A stretch of 64,000 bases of DNA from Candidatus Azambacteria bacterium (GTDB taxonomy: Bacteria; Patescibacteriota; Minisyncoccia; GWC2-36-17; M10-OD1-4), in the NCBI GenBank assembly GCA_027048495.1, contig JALTWS010000011.1, forward strand, positions 173-64,172, written 5' to 3'. Shown in pieces: positions 7,766 through 18,641 of the stretch. Position 1 is the first letter of the stretch, and each line of letters begins with the position of its first letter. The notes under the pieces were generated by a model that saw nothing but the letters and a program-made list of their open reading frames with translations, did no database searches and was not told where the DNA came from. A program made the position numbers and the translations under genes.

Positions 7766-8798
7766 TTTTTGGCATAAACTAAAAAAGCCAATAATAGGTT
7801 TATCTCCAATGGATGGCGTTACAGACGCCGCTTTTCGTTTTATGGTGGCAAAATATGCAAAGCCTGATGTAATATTTACCGAGTTTGTTTCTGCAGAAGG
7901 CTTGTCTTTTGGCGCTGATACTTTGCTTTTGGATTTTTTATATTCTGAAATTGAAAGGCCTATAGTAGCTCAAATTTTTGGGTCCAGCCCAGAGGCGTTT
8001 TTTAAAGTTGCTCCGCTTCTATGCGAGCTTGGTTTTGACGGTATAGATATAAATATGGGATGTCCAGATAAAAATGTAGCAAAAAAAGGGGGTGGGGCGG
8101 CATTGATATTAAATCCAAAGCTTGCAAAAGAAATTATTTTAAAAACTAAAAAAGGGATAAAAGAGTGGACAGAAGGAAGAAGCTTAAAAAGTTTTGGTCT
8201 GCCAGACAACATTTTAAATTTACTTAGCGGTCCGACCGCTAAGTTCGGAAAGGATAGAAGAGAAGTACCGGTTTCTGTGAAAACAAGAATAGGTTATGAT
8301 AAAGTCGTTATAGTAGATTGGGTAAAACATTTACTTGATGCTAAGCCGGCAAACATTTCTATACATGGAAGGACGCTCAAGCAGATGTATACAGGTAGTG
8401 CAGATTGGGAAGCAATAGCAAAAGCAGCAGAGGTCATTAAAAAAACAGGCACTTTAGTTTTGGGCAACGGAGATGTAAAAAGCAAAAAAGAAGCAGAAAA
8501 AAAAGCAAAAGAATATGGAGTAGATGGAGTTTTGATAGGCAGAGCCGCGTTTGGAAATCCATGGGTATTTTCTGACAAAGAGCCGAAGGTTAAAGAAAAG
8601 CTAAAAATTGCGGTTGAACATGCAAAAAAATTTGAAGAAATATTCAAAAATAGGAAGTTTTACAATATAAGAAAGCACCTTGCTTGGTATTCGCATGGTT
8701 TTTCAAAAGCAAAAGAACTAAGAATAAAACTAATGAAAGCAGAAAATGCAAAAGAATGCGAACTTATCATAAACGAATTTTTATCTGAAAACCCATAG
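7758..8798 (+). CDS. dus: tRNA-dihydrouridine synthase
   Basis: SPMDGVTDAAFRF, IDINMGCPDKNVAKKGGGAALI, KTRIGYD motifs (FMN TIM-barrel Dus family); contains an in-frame palindromic repeat at 8223-8243. Confidence 0.85.
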   Translation: MDNFWHKLKKPIIGLSPMDGVTDAAFRFMVAKYAKPDVIFTEFVSAEGLSFGADTLLLDFLYSEIERPIVAQIFGSSPEAFFKVAPLLCELGFDGIDINMGCPDKNVAKKGGGAALILNPKLAKEIILKTKKGIKEWTEGRSLKSFGLPDNILNLLSGPTAKFGKDRREVPVSVKTRIGYDKVVIVDWVKHLLDAKPANISIHGRTLKQMYTGSADWEAIAKAAEVIKKTGTLVLGNGDVKSKKEAEKKAKEYGVDGVLIGRAAFGNPWVFSDKEPKVKEKLKIAVEHAKKFEEIFKNRKFYNIRKHLAWYSHGFSKAKELRIKLMKAENAKECELIINEFLSENP

Positions 8799-8916
8799 TT
8801 TTTGTGGATATTTATTTGACTATTTTTTTAAAAAAAGCTACCATAAAAATGGCTTTGGGAGTCTGTATCCCCGCTCCTCAGGGTCGCCTAACATGGAAGT
8901 TAATATCAGACATTCT

Positions 8917-8946
8917 CCCGGCTGTAATGGCCGGGATTTTTTTTAT
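8917..8946 (+). terminator. Intrinsic terminator (CCCGGC-tgtaatg-GCCGGG followed by T9)
   Basis: 6-bp GC stem, 7-nt loop, ATTTTTTTTT run; lies between dus and the cation antiporter gene. Confidence 0.6.
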
Positions 8947-8971
8947 TTAATAAATTTGTTATTATTGTTTT

Positions 8972-9925
8972 ATGTTGGATTATATTTTATTTGTTTTTGG
9001 TTTTTATATTCTTGCAAAAGGGGCTTCTTTGCTTGTTGATGGAGCCTCTTCTTTGGCAAAGCGTTTTGGAGTTTCAGAAGTAGTCATTGGGCTTACCATA
9101 GTGGCATTTGGAACTTCTGCTCCTGAGCTTGTTGTAAATGTTATATCAAGCATTAAAAAAAGCTCTGACTTGGTTTTGGGAAATATTGTTGGAAGCAATA
9201 TATCAAATATACTTTTAATTTTAGGGTTTACCGCTTTAATATATCCGATAAGAGTTATAAAAAAGGCTGTTTGGAGAGAGATGAAATTAAATATAATTGC
9301 TGTTTTGGCTGTTTTAATTTTGGCAAATGATGTTTTTTTTGGCGGACAACAAAATGTTATAGCAAGATCAGACGGAATAATTTTGTTGCTTTTTTTGGTT
9401 TTGTTTATGTATTTTATGTTCTCATCATACAAGATGGGAGCGGCAGAAAACATAGAAGATATACATGTTTATAAAACTCCAAAAGCGGTGGGAGCTTTTT
9501 TGCTTGGGCTTGTTGGGCTTATTGTTGGCGGAAAGTGGATAGTTAATGGAGCTTTGCTTATTGCAAATAATTTTGGATTTTCTGAGGGGTTTGTTGGTTT
9601 GACTTTGCTTGCTTTGGGAACATCACTTCCTGAGTTGGCAACTTCTTTTGCCGCCGCATACAAAAAAAATGTTGATATTGCAGTTGGCAATGTTATAGGA
9701 TCAAATATCTTTAATATATTTGCTGTTTTGGGAATAAGCTCTCTTGTTTATCCAGTGTCTTTGGACACAAAATTAAATGTTGACATATTATTTTTGATAT
9801 TTGTTACTTTTGTGTTGTCTTATTTTGTAGCGTTCAAAGAAGAACATAAAATAAAAAGAAGACACGGGTTTTTGTTTGTTTTGATGTATTTTACTTATTT
9901 AATATTTTTATTTATTAGAGGCTAA
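8972..9925 (+). CDS. Ca2+/cation antiporter (CaCA family, YrbG-like)
   Basis: Two alpha-repeat motifs GTSAPEL and GTSLPEL; 10 TM; 317 aa. Confidence 0.8.
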   Translation: MLDYILFVFGFYILAKGASLLVDGASSLAKRFGVSEVVIGLTIVAFGTSAPELVVNVISSIKKSSDLVLGNIVGSNISNILLILGFTALIYPIRVIKKAVWREMKLNIIAVLAVLILANDVFFGGQQNVIARSDGIILLLFLVLFMYFMFSSYKMGAAENIEDIHVYKTPKAVGAFLLGLVGLIVGGKWIVNGALLIANNFGFSEGFVGLTLLALGTSLPELATSFAAAYKKNVDIAVGNVIGSNIFNIFAVLGISSLVYPVSLDTKLNVDILFLIFVTFVLSYFVAFKEEHKIKRRHGFLFVLMYFTYLIFLFIRG

Positions 9926-9930
9926 TATTT

Positions 9931-10662
9931 ATGACAGAGAGGTTTTTTTTAAATCAAAAAATAAAAGATGAGCAAAAAGAAGTATTGGTTTTTGATGTTG
10001 GTTGCATTTTTCAAATAACAAAAGTTCTAAGAAAGAAAAAAGAAGACAGAATAGTTATTTTAGACAACACAGGGTTTGAATATGAATGCCAAATAAGGCA
10101 GGCAAACAAAAAGTTGCTTTTGCTTGATGTGCTTAAAAAATGTAAAAATGAAAATGAACCGGAAATTGAAGTTGTTTTGTATCAGAGTATAATCAAAAAA
10201 AATAAAATTGAATTTGTTTTTGAAAAATGCACTGAGGTTGGCGTTTCTGCTTTTTGTCCTATTTTGTCTGAACATTCAGTTAAGCTTTCTTTTAACAAAA
10301 AAAGAGCAGAAACAATTTTAAAAGAAGCGGCAGAGCAGTCTCAAAGAGGAAAAATTCCTGAGCTTTTTGATGTTTTAGCCTTTAAAAAGGCAATAAAAAA
10401 ATGCGAGCAAAATAGTGCTTTAAATTTAATTTTCCATAATTTTGGAGAAAATGAAAATTTACATAACTTTATATTAAAAAACAAAGAATTTCAAAAGGTA
10501 AAAAAGATAAATATATTTGTTGGTCCGGAAGGAGGTTTTTCTGAAAATGAAATAAATTTTGCAAAAGAAAATGGTTTTTTTGTTTTATCTTTGGGTAAAA
10601 GAACGCTAAAAGCAGAAACAGCCGCAGTTGTATCTTCTGCTTTTTTGCTTCTTGATAAATAA
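9931..10662 (+). CDS. rsmE: 16S rRNA (uracil1498-N3)-methyltransferase
   Basis: C-terminal SPOUT motif VGPEGGFSENEINFAKENGFFVLSLGKRTLKAETAAVVSSAFL; AGAGG Shine-Dalgarno sequence. Confidence 0.85.
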   Translation: MTERFFLNQKIKDEQKEVLVFDVGCIFQITKVLRKKKEDRIVILDNTGFEYECQIRQANKKLLLLDVLKKCKNENEPEIEVVLYQSIIKKNKIEFVFEKCTEVGVSAFCPILSEHSVKLSFNKKRAETILKEAAEQSQRGKIPELFDVLAFKKAIKKCEQNSALNLIFHNFGENENLHNFILKNKEFQKVKKINIFVGPEGGFSENEINFAKENGFFVLSLGKRTLKAETAAVVSSAFLLLDK

Positions 10663-10669
10663 AGTTATT

Positions 10670-11470
10670 ATGAAAAAAACAAACAAAAAATTAAAAATAG
10701 GGCTTGCGCTTGGAGGAGGAGGGGCAAGAGGGCTTTCTCACATTGGTATTTTAAAGGTGTTTGAGGAAAATGGAATAAAAATAGACTATATAGCAGGAAC
10801 AAGCATTGGAGCTATGATAGGCGCTTTTTATGCATATTCGGAAAATGCCAAAGAGATTGAAAATCTTGCCCTTCAAACAAACTGGAAAAAAGTCGTATCT
10901 TTGATAGATCCTTCAATTCATCAAGGTATTTTAAACGGGGATAAGGTAAAAAAATATATAAAAAACTTTATTGGAAAAAATACAAAATTTTCTGATTTAA
11001 AAATTCCATTTTCTGCGGTTGCTACCAACTTAAAAACTGGAAAGCCTGTTGTTTTAAAAAAAGGCAATGTAGCATCTGCTGTAAGGGCAAGTATATCTTT
11101 TCCGTTAATTTTTAGGCCTGTTAAATTAAAAGGAAAAATTCTTTCTGATGGAGGGCTTTGTATGCCAATACCTGTTGAGGTTGTCAAAAATATGGGAGCA
11201 GATTTTGTTATTGCTGTAAATTTAGACGGAGATTACAAAACTTTAAACAAAAGTAATCAATTTGGATTTACTCAAATAGCCGACAGCTCAATAAACATAT
11301 TAAAATACTATCTTGCCAACTCAAATGCAAAATATGCTGATTTTGTTTTTATTCCAAAAGTTGGGAGGTTTGGCTTGAGTCAATTTTTACGGGCAAAAGA
11401 GATAATAAAAGAAGGAGAAAAAACAGCAAAAAACCAGATAAAAAGTTTAAAAAAAGCGTTAAACACATGA
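10670..11470 (+). CDS. Patatin-like phospholipase
   Basis: GGGGARGLSHIGIL oxyanion motif, GTSIGA (GXSXG) nucleophile elbow, DGG catalytic Asp; start moved to ATG 10670 (MKKTNKK), just after the rsmE stop. Confidence 0.8.
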   Translation: MKKTNKKLKIGLALGGGGARGLSHIGILKVFEENGIKIDYIAGTSIGAMIGAFYAYSENAKEIENLALQTNWKKVVSLIDPSIHQGILNGDKVKKYIKNFIGKNTKFSDLKIPFSAVATNLKTGKPVVLKKGNVASAVRASISFPLIFRPVKLKGKILSDGGLCMPIPVEVVKNMGADFVIAVNLDGDYKTLNKSNQFGFTQIADSSINILKYYLANSNAKYADFVFIPKVGRFGLSQFLRAKEIIKEGEKTAKNQIKSLKKALNT

Positions 11471-11688
11471 AAGTTTTTGTAAAAGTTTATCCAAACTCAA
11501 AAGAAGAAAAAATAACAAAGCTACAAGATGGCGGATTTGAAATAAGAACAAAAGCACAGGCAAAAGACGGCAAAGCAAATAAAGCTGTTATTGCATCTTT
11601 GGCAGAGTATTTTAATATTTCAAAAAGTTTGGTAAATATAAAAGCAGGGCATAGTTCAAAAACAAAGATAGTTGAAATTAATGTGTAG
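11467..11688 (+). CDS. DUF167 (YggU/UPF0235) family protein
   Basis: VKVYPNSKEE...KAQAKDGKANKAVIASLAEYFNISKSLVNIKAGHSSKTKIV matches DUF167. Confidence 0.65.
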   Translation: MKVFVKVYPNSKEEKITKLQDGGFEIRTKAQAKDGKANKAVIASLAEYFNISKSLVNIKAGHSSKTKIVEINV

Positions 11689-11694
11689 TTTTTT

Positions 11695-13524
11695 ATGTGT
11701 GGGATAGTAGGATATATAGGAAAAAAAGACGCGCTTCCAATATTGCTTGATGGGCTAAGGAGGCTAGAGTACAGAGGATATGATTCTGCTGGGGTTTTGG
11801 TGCTTGGCAAAAGCGCTAATTTAGCAAAAGTTGCAGGAAGAGTTGATGATCTTGAGAAGGAAATTGCAAAAAAAGACTTTTCTGGAAATATAGGAATAGC
11901 CCATACAAGATGGGCAACTCACGGCAAACCAAACAAAGCAAATGCCCACCCTCATACAGGATGCAATAAAAATTTTTATATAGTTCACAACGGAATAATA
12001 GAAAATTACAAAGAACTAAAACAAGAACTTCAAAAAAATGGGCATAAGTTTTCTTCTCAAACAGATTCTGAAGTTTTTGCCCATTTAATAGAGGAAGAGT
12101 TTAAAAGATACCATAACTTTGAGGCGGCGTTCAAAAATGCAATAGCAAGGGTAAGGGGAGCATACGGAGTACTTGCTGTTTGTAAAGACGACAAAGAAAA
12201 AATTTTAATAGCCAGAAAATCAAGCCCGATTGTTATTGGGGTAGGGAAAGACGAGTACATAATCGCTTCTGATATTTCTGCAATTTTGGGAAGAACAAAC
12301 AATATTATTTACATATCAGATGATGAAATTGCAGTTTGTGAAAACAACGAGATAAGAATAAGCAATTTCAAAAACGAAGCAATAGGAAAAAAAGTTCATA
12401 AAGTTGATCTTTCTTACAAACAAGCAGAGAAAGGAAATTTTGATACTTTTATGAAAAAAGAGATATTTGAAGCGCCAGAAGTTATAAAAAACGCAATAAG
12501 AGGAAGAATAGTGCAAGAAGAAGGAACTGTTAAATTTGGAGGTTTAGATGATGCGCAGGAAAAGTTAAAGGAAACAAAAAGAATAATAATAGTTGCTTGT
12601 GGAACTTCTTATTATGCCGGGCTTTTGGCAAAATACTGGTTTGAAGAGCTTGCTTGTATGCATACCGATGTTGAACTTGCCTCAGAATTTAAAACCAGAA
12701 ATGTTGTTTTAGGGAAAAATGATCTGGTTGTTGCAATCTCTCAATCTGGAGAAACAGCAGATACTCTGGGGGCTGTTTTGGAAGCAAAAAGGAAAGGGGC
12801 TTTGACTTTGGGAATTGTAAATGTTGTTGGATCTTCCATAGCAAGAGAAACTGATATTGGCATATACAACAGAGCAGGTCCGGAAATAAGCGTAGCTTCA
12901 ACAAAAGCATTTATTTCTCAAGCTACAGTGCTTTTGCTTTTGGCAATATTTTTTGCAAGAAAAAATACAATGGGGCAAGACAAGGGCAGGGAAATAATAT
13001 CCGAAATAGAAAATCTTTATGCAAAAGTGGGGCAAGTTTTGGGACAGCAAAAGCAAATAGAAAATATTGCCAAAAAATATTCAAAATACAAAAGCTTTAT
13101 GTATCTTGGAAGAAAGTATAATTTTCCAATAGCTTCAGAAGGCGCTTTGAAGTTAAAAGAAATATCATACATTCACGCAGAAGGATATGCAGGAGGTGAG
13201 TTAAAGCATGGTCCTTTGGCTTTAATAGACAAAAATTTTCCAAGCTTTTGTGTTGCAACTAAAGGATCAGCTTATGATAAAATGCTTTCAAACATTGAAG
13301 AGATAAAGGCAAGAAACGGAAAAGTAATAGCAATAGCAACCCAAGGAGATAAAAAGATAGTAAAATTTGCAGATGATGTTGTATATATTCCAAAGTCTTC
13401 TGAAATCATCTCTCCGATACTTTCTGTCGTTGTTTTTCAGCTTTTTGCTTACTTTGTGGCAAAGTATTTGAAAAAAGATATAGACAAGCCAAGAAACTTA
13501 GCAAAAAGTGTTACCGTAGAATAA
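11695..13524 (+). CDS. glmS: Glutamine--fructose-6-phosphate aminotransferase (isomerizing)
   Basis: N-terminal MCGIVGYIG (Ntn Cys), two SIS domains, 609 aa. Confidence 0.95.
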   Translation: MCGIVGYIGKKDALPILLDGLRRLEYRGYDSAGVLVLGKSANLAKVAGRVDDLEKEIAKKDFSGNIGIAHTRWATHGKPNKANAHPHTGCNKNFYIVHNGIIENYKELKQELQKNGHKFSSQTDSEVFAHLIEEEFKRYHNFEAAFKNAIARVRGAYGVLAVCKDDKEKILIARKSSPIVIGVGKDEYIIASDISAILGRTNNIIYISDDEIAVCENNEIRISNFKNEAIGKKVHKVDLSYKQAEKGNFDTFMKKEIFEAPEVIKNAIRGRIVQEEGTVKFGGLDDAQEKLKETKRIIIVACGTSYYAGLLAKYWFEELACMHTDVELASEFKTRNVVLGKNDLVVAISQSGETADTLGAVLEAKRKGALTLGIVNVVGSSIARETDIGIYNRAGPEISVASTKAFISQATVLLLLAIFFARKNTMGQDKGREIISEIENLYAKVGQVLGQQKQIENIAKKYSKYKSFMYLGRKYNFPIASEGALKLKEISYIHAEGYAGGELKHGPLALIDKNFPSFCVATKGSAYDKMLSNIEEIKARNGKVIAIATQGDKKIVKFADDVVYIPKSSEIISPILSVVVFQLFAYFVAKYLKKDIDKPRNLAKSVTVE

Positions 13525-13528
13525 GCTT

Positions 13529-13568
13529 TTTATGCCAAAATTTAAAAGCTTTTAAATTTTGGCATAAA
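13529..13568. repeat. 40-nt perfect palindrome directly after the glmS stop
   Basis: TTTATGCCAAAATTTAAAAGC|GCTTTTAAATTTTGGCATAAA, centre AGCT, no mismatches. Confidence 0.8.
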
Positions 13569-13644
13569 GCATGGCGACTTTTCTTTGAAAAGTTTGGACT
13601 GGCTATGTTTTTGATGATATAATTAAATAATAAGTTTTATTTTT

Positions 13645-14316
13645 ATGGAAAATGAAGTTGTGCTGACAACAAAAGATGGAGTAAAGCTTTACGGAAGCTA
13701 TTTTCAAACAGGCAATCCAAAAGACCCAGCTGTTGTTTTGTTGCACATGATGCCAGCCGATAGAAAGTCTTGGTATGAATTTCAAAAAAAGCTAAAAGAT
13801 GCTGGATTTCAATCACTGGCTATAGATTTAAGAGGGCATGGCAAATCTTTACAAAAAAATGATCAAGAGATAGATTATAAAAGTTTTACAGACAAAGAAC
13901 AACAAGAAAAAATATTTGATGTTGAAGCTTCTGTTGATTTTTTTGAAAGCAAAGGTATTTTAAAGCAAGACATTTCTCTTGTTGGGGCGTCAATTGGAGC
14001 AAATCTAGCTTTGTGGTATCAGTCAGAAAACCCAGAAATTAAAGCTTCTGTTTTACTTTCCCCCGGGCTTGACTATAGGGGAGTAACAACAGAAGATAAA
14101 ATAAAAAAACTTTCAGACGATCAGTTTGTCTTATTTGCTTCTGGTGGAGATAAAGACAGCTATTCAAGAGAAACGGTAAAAAAACTTTTTGAAATTAAAG
14201 AAGCAAAAAAAGATCTGCAGATATTTGAAGATGCAGAACATGGGACAAACATTTTTAAATCTCATCCGGAGTTTGAGGAATACATAATAAATAAACTAAA
14301 AGAAATTTATAAATAA
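13645..14316 (+). CDS. Alpha/beta hydrolase (dienelactone-hydrolase/BAAT-like)
   Basis: LLHMMPADRKSW...LRGHGKS and nucleophile elbow GASIGAN, C-terminal His; 223 aa. Confidence 0.55.
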   Translation: MENEVVLTTKDGVKLYGSYFQTGNPKDPAVVLLHMMPADRKSWYEFQKKLKDAGFQSLAIDLRGHGKSLQKNDQEIDYKSFTDKEQQEKIFDVEASVDFFESKGILKQDISLVGASIGANLALWYQSENPEIKASVLLSPGLDYRGVTTEDKIKKLSDDQFVLFASGGDKDSYSRETVKKLFEIKEAKKDLQIFEDAEHGTNIFKSHPEFEEYIINKLKEIYK

Positions 14317-15152
14317 TGCTTTTTGGCGCGCATGTATCAATAGCAGGAGGAATAGAAAATTCTCCCAAAAGGGCAAGCGAACTTGGCTGTGAAGTATTTC
14401 AAATATTTTCAAGATCTCCCCAATCTTTTTCTGCTCCGGAAATTTCAGACAAAACCGCAGAGCTTTTTTTGGAAAATATGCAAAAATATAAGCAAAAAGA
14501 AGCTTATATACACACTCCTTATATAATAAATTTAGCGTCCACAAACAACAGGATAAGATACGGTTCAATAAAAGTAATACAAGAAGAGCTGAAAAGAGCA
14601 TCTAAGTTAAAAGTTAAATATGTAATGACACATCTTGGCTCTTACAAGGATGTTGATACCGAGCTTGAAGGGCCTCTGATGGTGGTAGATGCTTTAAAAA
14701 AGGTGCTTGATGGTGATTTTTCAGCTCAGCTTTTGCTTGAAATATCCGCCGGAGCAGGCAATATTGTGGGGTGTAGGTTTGAAGAGTTGGCTTACTTTTT
14801 AGAGGAGCTTTCAGGATACAGTGTTGGGGTATGCTTGGATACTGCGCATATGTTTGCTTCTGGATATGATATAAGAACAAAAGAAAGTTTCAAAAAGGTA
14901 TTTGACGAGTTTGATAAAATTGTAGGTATTAAACATTTAAAGCTTTTTCATTTAAACGATTCAAAAGTTGAACTGGGAGCAAAAAAAGACAGACATGAGC
15001 ACATAGGAGACGGATACATAGGCAAAGAAGCGTTTTTGAGTTTGGTGCAAGATGAGAGATTAAAAAACATAAATGGAATACTTGAAACTCAGCATGATAA
15101 AGTGAAAAAAGACATAAGCATAATGAAAGGTTTCAGGGATTTACAAAAATAA
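14316..15152 (+). CDS. nfo: Endonuclease IV (AP endonuclease family 2)
   Basis: MLFGAHVSIAGG, DTAHMFASGYDI, HLNDSK...DRHEHIGDGYIG metal-binding motifs. Confidence 0.9.
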   Translation: MLFGAHVSIAGGIENSPKRASELGCEVFQIFSRSPQSFSAPEISDKTAELFLENMQKYKQKEAYIHTPYIINLASTNNRIRYGSIKVIQEELKRASKLKVKYVMTHLGSYKDVDTELEGPLMVVDALKKVLDGDFSAQLLLEISAGAGNIVGCRFEELAYFLEELSGYSVGVCLDTAHMFASGYDIRTKESFKKVFDEFDKIVGIKHLKLFHLNDSKVELGAKKDRHEHIGDGYIGKEAFLSLVQDERLKNINGILETQHDKVKKDISIMKGFRDLQK

Positions 15153-15215
15153 ATATTGACTTTTTGTTGTTTTAAATGTTAAATAAAAGGGTTGATCTTT
15201 TCAATGGAGGACAAA

Positions 15216-15383
15216 ATGAGTTCAAAAAAATGTGTGAAGTGCGGGAAGCCACTAAGCTCCTATAACAAAACAAACCAATGCTTTCACCACAAAAGGGAAA
15301 AAAGGGAAGAGAAGGATATAAAAGACAAAAGGAATTGGTATATGACATCCATCAGAATGAAGGATGGCAAAGATATATTTTAA
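15216..15383 (+). CDS. Small basic Zn-ribbon protein, hypothetical
   Basis: CVKCGKP...NQCFHH; GGAGG Shine-Dalgarno 5 nt before ATG 15216 (chosen over ATG 15192). Confidence 0.35.
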   Translation: MSSKKCVKCGKPLSSYNKTNQCFHHKREKREEKDIKDKRNWYMTSIRMKDGKDIF

Positions 15384-15391
15384 GTCATTGA

Positions 15392-16645
<1,254 letters not shown>

Positions 16646-16653
16646 AACTCTAC

Positions 16654-16685
16654 TTAACTAATTTGACGAGCGTCAAATTAGTTAA
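16654..16685. repeat. 32-nt near-perfect palindrome after the tgt stop
   Basis: TTAACTAATTTGACGagCGTCAAATTAGTTAA; the left arm (TACTTAACT...) resembles the 38-bp palindrome family. Confidence 0.7.
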
Positions 16686-16808
16686 AAAACCATCTCAAGC
16701 TTTTGACTGTTTTTTCTTTTTGGTTGAATAACTTTTTTATGCTAGTATTGACTTTTATTTTTTTTATGTGTTATTTATATTTTGTGTTCTTTTGAGGGGG
16801 AAAATATA

Positions 16809-17057
16809 ATGCTCAAAGAAGATTTTGTATTTGGTTTTTTTGTTGGGGCTATTTTTGTTTTTTTGTCAGGTATTATCATCGCTGATGATGATATCGCCGC
16901 AGACAAACTGAGAAAAGCAGCGGAAACCTGCGGTGGCTGGGAAAAAATATCATACATTGATACAGATGCAGAAGATAGTTTTGTCTGTATCGATGGAAGA
17001 GAATATGCATTTGAGTTTAGCTTTGTTTTACCTATTGCTGGCAAGGATAATAAATAA
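16809..17057 (+). CDS. Small membrane-anchored protein, hypothetical
   Basis: GAGGGGG Shine-Dalgarno 8 nt upstream of ATG 16809; one TM then an acidic domain with two Cys. Confidence 0.35.
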   Translation: MLKEDFVFGFFVGAIFVFLSGIIIADDDIAADKLRKAAETCGGWEKISYIDTDAEDSFVCIDGREYAFEFSFVLPIAGKDNK

Positions 17058-17137
17058 TTAATCTTCGCATTTACCGCCAAAAGCAAAAAGCTTGAGGCGG
17101 TTTTTTCTTTTTCTCCAAATTATGATAATCTTAATTT

Positions 17138-18385
17138 ATGCAGTACAAAATATTTACTCCAACAGAATATATTGAAATTTTAAATGAGGGGCTTTCTGGT
17201 TTTTCGGCTGTTTTGGAAGGAGAGATATCAGAATACAAAGTCAGCCAAGGAAAATGGATATTTTTTAAGGTAAAAGACGAAAACTCTGTTTTGGATTGTT
17301 TTTCTACTGTTTTTCAGCTAAAAACTCCGCTGGAGGACGGAATGCAGGTTCGGCTTTATGGAACTCCCAAAATACATGCAAAATCTGGCAGATTTTCTTT
17401 AAATGTCGCTTGGGTTGAAGCATCAGGTGAGGGAGCATTAAAAAGGGCATTTGAGCTTTTAAAAGCTGAGCTTCAAAAGGAAGGGCTTTTTTCTGAAGAA
17501 AGAAAAAGGAAAATACCAGATTTCCCCAAAAAAATAGGAATAATAGCATCAAAAGAATCCGCCGCTTATAAAGATTTTGTAAAAGTTCTTTCAGAGAGGT
17601 TTGGCGGAATGGAACTTTACCTTTATGATGTTTCTGTTCAAGGGGAAAATTCTGTTTTTGAGATACAAGAAGCATTTGAATATTTTAACCAAAACCAAAA
17701 AAGGCTTGGTCTTGACCTTATAGTTCTTACAAGAGGTGGAGGATCTTTGGAGGATTTAAAGTCTTTTAATTCTCGTGAGGTTGCTTATGCTATTTTTGGA
17801 TCTTGTGTTCCCGTGGTTTGCGGTGTGGGGCATGAGCAAGACACAACAATAGCCGATATGGTGGCAGACCTGCGAGCATCAACTCCTTCAAACGCTGCTG
17901 AGCTTATTTCTCCGCAAAAAGAAGATGTTTTGCATCAGATAAAAAGCTATACTTACAAGATAGAGTCTTTGTTGGATTTTTTGTTGTCTGAGAAAAAAAA
18001 GAGTGTAAATGATTTTGTATTTTTGCTGGAAGGGTTTTTATCAGGTAAAGTGAGCGAGTTTAAAAATATATATTTTAAATTTTTATCAGAATTTAAATTG
18101 TTTGAAGCAGGTATAAAGCGTTACAAAGAAAACATAGAAAGTCTAAAAATCCAAAATTTGAAAATTATAAAAGAAAAGATTATAATACAAAAGTCTGAAA
18201 TTGATGCATATCTTAGGCTTCTTTTAAGTTTAAGCCCAAAAGAGGTTTTAAAAAGAGGTTACAGCATAGTAAAGTTAAAAGGTAAGGTTGTATCCAGTCA
18301 TTTGGCATTAAAAAAAGGAGATAAGGTTGATGTAACTTTAGCAAAAGGGGGCTTTAGTTCAGAAGTTTTAAATATTAAAAAATAA
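17138..18385 (+). CDS. xseA: Exodeoxyribonuclease VII large subunit
   Basis: N-terminal OB fold, IGIIASKESAAYKDF, LTRGGGSLEDL, VGHEQDTTIADMVADLRASTPSNAAE. Confidence 0.85.
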   Translation: MQYKIFTPTEYIEILNEGLSGFSAVLEGEISEYKVSQGKWIFFKVKDENSVLDCFSTVFQLKTPLEDGMQVRLYGTPKIHAKSGRFSLNVAWVEASGEGALKRAFELLKAELQKEGLFSEERKRKIPDFPKKIGIIASKESAAYKDFVKVLSERFGGMELYLYDVSVQGENSVFEIQEAFEYFNQNQKRLGLDLIVLTRGGGSLEDLKSFNSREVAYAIFGSCVPVVCGVGHEQDTTIADMVADLRASTPSNAAELISPQKEDVLHQIKSYTYKIESLLDFLLSEKKKSVNDFVFLLEGFLSGKVSEFKNIYFKFLSEFKLFEAGIKRYKENIESLKIQNLKIIKEKIIIQKSEIDAYLRLLLSLSPKEVLKRGYSIVKLKGKVVSSHLALKKGDKVDVTLAKGGFSSEVLNIKK

Positions 18386-18386
18386 T

Positions 18387-18596
18387 ATGGCAAAAAAAAC
18401 CGAAAAAAAAGATTTTGATTTTGCAAAATCATACAAAGAGCTTCAAAAAATAGCAGAAGAGTTTGAATCTGGGGGGCTTTCTTTGGACGAAGGGCTTAAA
18501 AAGTTTGAAGAAGGGCTTAAAATTGCAAAGCAGTGCAAGGAGTATATAGAAAAAATAGAAAACAAGATAGTACAAATAAAGAAAAAATACAAATAA
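18387..18596 (+). CDS. xseB: Exodeoxyribonuclease VII small subunit
   Basis: 69-aa helical protein FDFAKSYKELQKIAEEFESGGLSLDEGLKKFEEGLKIAKQC, directly downstream of xseA. Confidence 0.75.
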   Translation: MAKKTEKKDFDFAKSYKELQKIAEEFESGGLSLDEGLKKFEEGLKIAKQCKEYIEKIENKIVQIKKKYK

Positions 18597-18641
18597 TATT
18601 TTTTGCGGTAAAGCAAAATTAGTTAAATAAAATAAAATAAA

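Noticed and set aside
8857-8919. Confident riboswitch class assignment for the leader upstream of the antiporter gene
   Set aside because: No known riboswitch consensus could be recognised by eye; reported only as a hypothesis requiring a covariance-model search
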